Assembly: GCA_045602255.1 (NCBI GenBank)
Contig: JAZSBD010000011.1
Location: 94 to 64,093, forward strand
From: Alistipes sp.
GTDB lineage: Bacteria > Bacteroidota > Bacteroidia > Bacteroidales > Rikenellaceae
DNA: 64,000 nucleotides
Direction: 5' to 3'
This document shows positions 58,611-64,000 of the stretch, in pieces (positions within the stretch are counted from its first letter, which is position 1; the number at the start of each line of letters is the position of its first letter). A program made the position numbers and the translations under genes. The notes beneath the pieces were generated by a model, which ran no database searches, was not told the DNA's origin, and was given only the letters and a program-made list of their open reading frames with translations.

Positions 58611-60395
58611 ATGGAGCAGAACAAAATTGTAGCGAACGAGAATTTCGATTGGAATGCGTTCGAGAATGACCTTGGCGTTTACGACCAGTCGAAGGAGGCG
58701 ATCGAGGAGGCTTATGGCAAGACCATGTCTAACGTAGCTGTAGGTGAGGTTGTTGAGGGTACTGTTACCGAGATCAACAAGCGTGAGGTTACCGTTAACA
58801 TCGGTTACAAGTCAGAGGGTCTTATCGCAGCAACCGAGTTCCGTTACAACCCTGACTTGACAGTAGGCGAGAAGGTTGAGGTTTACGTTGAGTCGGTAGA
58901 GGATAAGGGTGGCCAGTTGGCACTCTCTCACAAGAAGGCACGTCAGCTTAAGAGCTGGGACCGCGTGAACGAGGCATTGAACAACGACGAGATCATCAAG
59001 GGTTACGTTAAGTGCCGCACTAAGGGTGGTATGATCGTTGACGTATTCGGCATCGAGGCATTCTTGCCAGGTTCACAGATCGACGTTAAGCCTATCCGCG
59101 ACTACGATGTTTACGTTGACAAGACTATGGAGTTCAAGGTTGTTAAGATTAACCAGGAGTTCCGCAACGTTGTTGTATCACACAAGGCTCTTATCGAGGC
59201 AGAGCTTGAGGCTCAGAAGCAGATTATCATGTCTAAGCTTGAGAAGGGTCAGATCCTTGAGGGTACCGTTAAGAACATCACATCTTACGGTGTATTCATC
59301 GACCTCGGTGGCGTTGACGGTCTTATCCACATCACAGACCTTTCATGGGGTCGCGTAAATCACCCTGAGGAGGTTGTTACTTTGGACGAGAAGCTTCAGG
59401 TTGTTATCCTCGACTTCGACGAGGCAAAGAAGCGCATCGCTCTTGGTCTTAAGCAGCTTACAGCTCACCCATGGGAGGCACTCTCAGCAGAGCTTACTGT
59501 AGGTGACAAGGTTAAGGGTAAGGTAGTTGTTGTTACTGACTACGGTGCATTCGTAGAGGTAGCACCAGGTGTTGAGGGTCTTATCCACGTATCTGTGATG
59601 TCATGGAGCCAGCCATTGCGTTCAGCACAGGAGTTCATGAAGGTGGGCGACGAGATCGAGGCTGTACTTCTTACTTTGGACCGCGAGGAGCGCAAGATGT
59701 CTTTGGGTATCAAGCAGCTTACTCCAGATCCATGGGCTGAGATCGAGAAGAAGTACCCTGCAGGCACAAAGTGCACAGCACGCGTACGCAACTTCTCTAA
59801 CTTTGGCGTATTCGTAGAGATTGAGGACGGCATCGAGGGTCTTGTACACATCTCTGACCTCTCTTGGACTAAGAAGGTTAAGCACCCATCAGAGTTCACT
59901 CAGATTGGCGCTGAGTTGGAGGTTGTAGTTCTTGAGATTAACAAGGAGAACCGCCGTCTTTCACTCGGTCACAAGCAGCTTGAGGAGAACCCATGGAACG
60001 GCTTCGAGAGCCAGTTCGGCGTTGACAGCGTTCACGAGGGTACTGTAACCGAGACTAACGACAAGGGTGTTGTTGTATCTTTGGGCGAGAACATCGAGGG
60101 CTTCTGCCCTGCACGTCACGCAGTTAAGGAGGATGGCACTACATTGAAGGCTGGCGAGAAGGCAGAGTTCAAGGTGTTGGAGTTCTCTAAGGCTACTAAG
60201 CGCATCACTCTCTCTCACAGCCGTCTCTTCGAGGAGGCTAAGCGTGAGGCTGCTGCTGCTGAGAAGGCTGCACGTCGTGCTGATGCTGACGCTGCTAAGG
60301 CAAGCGTTAAGAAGATCAACGCACAGGTTGAGAAGACAACTTTTGGCGATATCGCTGGTCTCGCAGAGTTGAAGGCTCAGATGGAGAATAAGTAG
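58611..60395 (+). CDS. rpsA: 30S ribosomal protein S1
   Basis: NFDWNAFE N-terminus, six S1 repeats (AFLPGSQID, GLIHITDLSW), KTTFGDI tail. Confidence 0.97.
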   Translation: MEQNKIVANENFDWNAFENDLGVYDQSKEAIEEAYGKTMSNVAVGEVVEGTVTEINKREVTVNIGYKSEGLIAATEFRYNPDLTVGEKVEVYVESVEDKGGQLALSHKKARQLKSWDRVNEALNNDEIIKGYVKCRTKGGMIVDVFGIEAFLPGSQIDVKPIRDYDVYVDKTMEFKVVKINQEFRNVVVSHKALIEAELEAQKQIIMSKLEKGQILEGTVKNITSYGVFIDLGGVDGLIHITDLSWGRVNHPEEVVTLDEKLQVVILDFDEAKKRIALGLKQLTAHPWEALSAELTVGDKVKGKVVVVTDYGAFVEVAPGVEGLIHVSVMSWSQPLRSAQEFMKVGDEIEAVLLTLDREERKMSLGIKQLTPDPWAEIEKKYPAGTKCTARVRNFSNFGVFVEIEDGIEGLVHISDLSWTKKVKHPSEFTQIGAELEVVVLEINKENRRLSLGHKQLEENPWNGFESQFGVDSVHEGTVTETNDKGVVVSLGENIEGFCPARHAVKEDGTTLKAGEKAEFKVLEFSKATKRITLSHSRLFEEAKREAAAAEKAARRADADAAKASVKKINAQVEKTTFGDIAGLAELKAQMENK

Positions 60396-60417
60396 TCGAT
60401 ACACGACTGATATTCCG

Positions 60418-60665
60418 AGAAGCTGTCTAACAAGGTTATTTTGGTGTCTTTGTTGTGATAAGCGGTCATCTACTTCCTCTAACGAATTATCTTAGCAATG
60501 GGCAGTACGTCAAAGTACAGCCCATCGCAAAGAAATTCGCTGAGCGAAAGTATCTGACCCCTTCTGACAACAAATAGTTTGTCTTCGAAATGCTCATTTA
60601 CGCATAGTAAACTGCGCTTTCTCAGACTTCGTGCGCCTAAAACTAACTCTTGTTATGCAACTTCT
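60418..60665. mobile_element. MITE-like 248-bp element with imperfect terminal IRs enclosing two hairpins (one is copy 4 of the 127-nt element, 60449-60574)
   Basis: Left end AGAAGCTGTCTAACAAG versus reverse complement of right end AGAAGTTGCATAACAAG (14/17 match); no ORF. Confidence 0.55.
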
Positions 60666-60673
60666 ACAAACAA

Positions 60674-60704
60674 TGGGGGTGACCGAGAGGTTGCCCCTTT
60701 TTTG
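60674..60704 (+). terminator. Probable rpsA terminator, displaced downstream by the MITE-like element
   Basis: GGGGTGACC-GAGA-GGTTGCCCC followed by a T-tract. Confidence 0.75.
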
Positions 60705-60788
60705 TGCGATGTAGGGGAGGTTAGAGAATTTAAGGAACTTAGGGAGAGACTGAGTTTTCTCTTTAAGCTCCCTAAAACTCGTCACTCA

Positions 60789-61448
60789 TTCACATTTCAC
60801 ACAATTCACACTACCCCCACCCCCTGTGAAAGGTGTGAAATTGTGAAAAGTGTGAAACGCCCGTGCCACCAGCCGGAAGCCTACTATTAAATAGTAGAAA
60901 AATATTTATTAAAATACTTGACAGCGGCTATTAAATGTTGTATCTTTGTAGTGCAATACAACATCATAGTCTACTCGCGTTGGCGCTAAATATCTATCCA
61001 CTACCACGTAGCATACTACACATATGGTAATATACTGACCTACATATAGATATAAATATATATAGGTGGGGAGAGTGTATGCTATAGTCAGCAAACTAAC
61101 CATAACATCCTTGTGGTATATATAGCTATATACATAGCGTTATACATGGCTGCGTCTGCAGTTAAATATATTAACACTATTGATATAGTGTGTTTAGTGA
61201 GTTTAAGGAATTTAAGGAGTTTAGCGATTATTTCCCCCTATCTCACTAAATTCTCTAATCTCCCTAAATTCCCTATTATAACTGGGTATAGCCGCAAGCA
61301 TGGCTTGCTCTGGGTAAAATTGGGTAGACTGGGTAACTTCCCAGAGTGTAGTAGCTCTCCTCATAATCCCTGGCTCGTATTTCACACTTTTCACAATTTC
61401 ACACCTTTCACAGGGGGTGGGGGTAGTGTGAATTGTGTGAAATGTGAA
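60789..61448. repeat. Perfect 69-bp inverted repeat pair (60789-60857 and 61380-61448)
   Basis: Compared base by base; the flanking bases mismatch on both sides. Confidence 0.92.
60917..60948 (+). promoter_or_regulatory. Promoter inside the inverted-repeat segment with no downstream ORF
   Basis: CTTG-N20-TATCTTTG. Confidence 0.6.
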
Positions 61449-61468
61449 ACGCGAAACCCACAAACATA

Positions 61469-61500
61469 TTTGGAAATTGAAGATAATTTTATTAACTTTG
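61469..61500 (+). promoter_or_regulatory. Promoter of the methylmalonyl-CoA mutase operon
   Basis: TTTG-N20-TAACTTTG. Confidence 0.7.
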
Positions 61501-61585
61501 TAGTGTTGTACGCGTGTGTGCGTGCGACAAACATATGTAAAGAACTATATTTCACACACTTATAAACTAAAACTCTAAAACAATT

Positions 61586-63436
61586 ATGGCTAATACCAAA
61601 GAAAAGTTGTTCGCGGAGTTCCCACCAGTATCTACTGAGCAGTGGGAGGCCGTCATCACAACTGACCTTAAGGGCGCTGATTATGAGCGCAAGTTGGTAT
61701 GGAAGACTGGTGAGGGCTTCAACGTACGCCCTTACTACCGTGCTGAGAACCTCGCCGAGGTAGAGTATCTTGGTGCTGAGGCTGGTGAGTTCCCATACGT
61801 TCGTGGTGTCTCTAAGGACAACACATGGCGTGTACACCAGACCATCGCAGTAAAGTGCGCTAAGGAGGCTAACGAGGAGGCATTGAAACTTCTTAACTCA
61901 GGCATCGACTCATTGGGCTTCTGCTTCTGCGAGTCATGTGCATGTGAGGTGGATGTTGACGCCCTATTGAAGGACATCGTGCCTACAGCTGTTGAGCTCA
62001 CATTCTGCGGCTCTAACGTTCAGGCGTTGGCAGCTATCGCAGAGAAGGTGCTCGCAAAGTATGCTGCAGAGCCTAAGGATGAGCTTCGCCTCAACTTCTG
62101 CATCGACCCTATCATCAAGAACCTCTCTGTTGATGGTGACTTCTGTTGCAAGACCGGCGACGAGTGCTTCGACACTATCGCAAAGCTTGTTAAGGCTACC
62201 GCTGAGTACAAGCGCGTGAAGGTTGTTAACGTATCGGGTGCTACATTCTCTAACGCTGGTTCTACCATCGTTGAGGAGCTCGGATTCACCCTTGCTGCGG
62301 CTCACGACTACATCGTGAAGCTTATGGAGCGCGGCCTCTCAATCGACGAGGTGGCTCGTAAGATTCGCTTCACCTTCGCCGTTACATCTAACTACTTCCT
62401 CGAGATGGCGAAGTTCCGCGCAGCACGTCTCTTATGGGCTAACATCGTGAAGGCTTATAACCCAGAGAAGAACTGCTCATGCAAGATGTTCGCTCACGCC
62501 GTTACATCTACATGGAACCAGACCGTTTACGACCCATACGTTAACATGTTGCGTGGCACTACCGAGGCTATGTCGGCAGCTATCGCTGGCGTACACTCAT
62601 TGGAGGTATTGCCTTTCGACTACTGCTTCGAGGCACCTACTGAGTTCTCTAAGCGTATCGCTCGTAATGCACAGCTTCTTTTGAAGCACGAGTCTCACTT
62701 CGACCAGGTTGTTGACCCTGCTGGTGGCGCATACTACATCGAGTCGCTCACCAACAGCATCGCTAAGGAGGCTTGGGCATTGTTCCGCGAGATTGAGGCT
62801 AAGGGTGGTTACATCGCAGCATTCCGCGAGGGCTTCATCGTTGAGCGCGTTAAGGCATCGGCAGCTGCAAAGGATAAGAACATCGCTACACGTCGTCTCA
62901 TCCTCCTCGGTGCTAACCAGTATCCTAACTTCACCGAGGTTGCTGACGCTTCAATTTGTGAGTGCAAGGTTAAGCGCGAGGTTAAGGAGGGCAACGTCCT
63001 TGTTCCTTACCGCGGTGCTATGGCATTCGAGGCTATGCGTATGCAGGTTGACCGTTCAGGCAAGTCACCTAAGGCATTCATGCTCACTTGCGGTACTCTC
63101 GGTATGGCACGCGCACGTGCTCAGTTCTCATGCAACTTCTTCGCATGCGCCGGCATCCGCGTTGAGGATAACACCTTCTTCAAGAGTGTTGAGGAGGGCG
63201 TAGAGGCAGCGTTGGCATCTAAGGCAGAGATCGTTGTTGTATGTGCATCGGATGACGACTACGCAACAGTAGCTCCACGCGTTAAGGAGCTTCTTCAGGA
63301 CAAGGCTATCTTGGTTGTTGCTGGTGCTCCAGCATGCGCTCCAGAGCTTGAGGCTCAGGGCATCACCAACTTCATCAACGTGAAGAGCAACGTTCTTGAG
63401 ACATTGAAGGATTACTTAAAGAAGTTAGGCATCTAA
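61586..63436 (+). CDS. mutA: Methylmalonyl-CoA mutase small (beta) subunit
   Basis: [63 protein letters not shown]. Confidence 0.93.
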   Translation: MANTKEKLFAEFPPVSTEQWEAVITTDLKGADYERKLVWKTGEGFNVRPYYRAENLAEVEYLGAEAGEFPYVRGVSKDNTWRVHQTIAVKCAKEANEEALKLLNSGIDSLGFCFCESCACEVDVDALLKDIVPTAVELTFCGSNVQALAAIAEKVLAKYAAEPKDELRLNFCIDPIIKNLSVDGDFCCKTGDECFDTIAKLVKATAEYKRVKVVNVSGATFSNAGSTIVEELGFTLAAAHDYIVKLMERGLSIDEVARKIRFTFAVTSNYFLEMAKFRAARLLWANIVKAYNPEKNCSCKMFAHAVTSTWNQTVYDPYVNMLRGTTEAMSAAIAGVHSLEVLPFDYCFEAPTEFSKRIARNAQLLLKHESHFDQVVDPAGGAYYIESLTNSIAKEAWALFREIEAKGGYIAAFREGFIVERVKASAAAKDKNIATRRLILLGANQYPNFTEVADASICECKVKREVKEGNVLVPYRGAMAFEAMRMQVDRSGKSPKAFMLTCGTLGMARARAQFSCNFFACAGIRVEDNTFFKSVEEGVEAALASKAEIVVVCASDDDYATVAPRVKELLQDKAILVVAGAPACAPELEAQGITNFINVKSNVLETLKDYLKKLGI

Positions 63437-63449
63437 TCAATTTATAGCT

Positions 63450-64000
63450 ATGAGAGCAAAATTTTCAGATTTAGAATATAAGGCTGCAGCCACAGAGTGC
63501 TGCGCCACAGCTAAGGCTCCCAAGGAGGATTGGTTGACTGCCGAGCGTATCCCTGTAAAGGAGAACTACACGGCTGCCGACCTTGAGGGCATGGAGCACT
63601 TGAACTACGCAGCAGGTATCGCTCCTTTCTTGCGTGGTCCTTACTCAACAATGTACGTTATGCGTCCATGGACTATCCGTCAGTATGCAGGTTTCTCTAC
63701 TGCTGAGGAGTCTAACGCATTCTACCGTCGTAACCTTGCAGCAGGCCAGAAGGGTCTCTCTGTAGCGTTCGACCTTGCAACACACCGTGGCTACGACGCC
63801 GACCACCCACGTGTAGTAGGTGACGTAGGTAAGGCAGGTGTGTCTATCTGCTCAGTGGAGGATATGAAGGTGTTGTTCAATGGTATTCCACTCGACCAGA
63901 TGTCAGTGTCTATGACCATGAACGGTGCTGTACTTCCAGTATTGGCATTCTACATCGTTGCCGGCTTGGAGCAGGGTTGCACCCTCGACCAGCTCTCTGG
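63450..64000 (+). CDS. mutB: Methylmalonyl-CoA mutase large (alpha) subunit, runs off the window edge
   Basis: Translated by hand: [54 protein letters not shown]. Confidence 0.95.
   Translation, partial: MRAKFSDLEYKAAATECCATAKAPKEDWLTAERIPVKENYTAADLEGMEHLNYAAGIAPFLRGPYSTMYVMRPWTIRQYAGFSTAEESNAFYRRNLAAGQKGLSVAFDLATHRGYDADHPRVVGDVGKAGVSICSVEDMKVLFNGIPLDQMSVSMTMNGAVLPVLAFYIVAGLEQGCTLDQLS

Noticed and set aside
59590..59620. rpsA HVSVMSWSQPLR instead of the HVSEMSWSQHLR I would expect
   Set aside because: Each change is a single-base substitution and could be a consensus error or drift; this cannot be assessed without reads.
60579..61837. ORF-track ORFs in the rpsA-mutA gap (60579-60890, 60909-61103, 61113-61565, 61221-61463 and others)
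   Set aside because: They run through repeats and hairpins, two share a peptide only because of the 69-bp IR, and none shows host codon bias.
1..64000. Stop-codon recoding or programmed frameshifts
   Set aside because: All recognisable genes are full length under the standard bacterial code, and TAA, TAG and TGA all act as stops.

Overview
A 64-kb chromosomal window from a Bacteroidota bacterium. Gene content, codon style and TAnnTTTG promoters suggest Rikenellaceae/Alistipes-like; this is inference. Positions 1-15.2 kb are a minus-strand Wzx/Wzy capsular polysaccharide locus (upxY, priming transferase, ugd, wzx, GNAT, deacetylase, wzy, GT4s, UDP-L-FucNAc pathway). The rest is mostly housekeeping: rbfA, folK, holB, glgB, tadA, aspS, greA, rarA, metK with a SAM-II-type leader, umuDC, GH20, rpsA, methylmalonyl-CoA mutase, tRNA-Gln and tRNA-Leu. 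No transposase, integrase, phage gene or CRISPR array was seen. The most unusual signals are non-coding. (i) A family of ~127-nt rod-like hairpins with divergent sequence but conserved, covarying structure, two of them starting at TAA stop codons and one nested in a MITE-like element. (ii) A perfect 69-bp inverted repeat enclosing an ORF-less, promoter-bearing 522-bp segment. (iii) Modular 7-/9-mer intergenic mosaics. Protein-level oddities are an L,D-transpeptidase-like protein lacking its catalytic His/Cys, a POT transporter with a ~200-aa TM9-TM10 insertion, an unannotated 53-aa YxxP peptide ahead of a pilin-like starch-binding lipoprotein, and a BASS-acyltransferase-Omp85 operon. All calls come from reading the sequence by eye; no searches were run.
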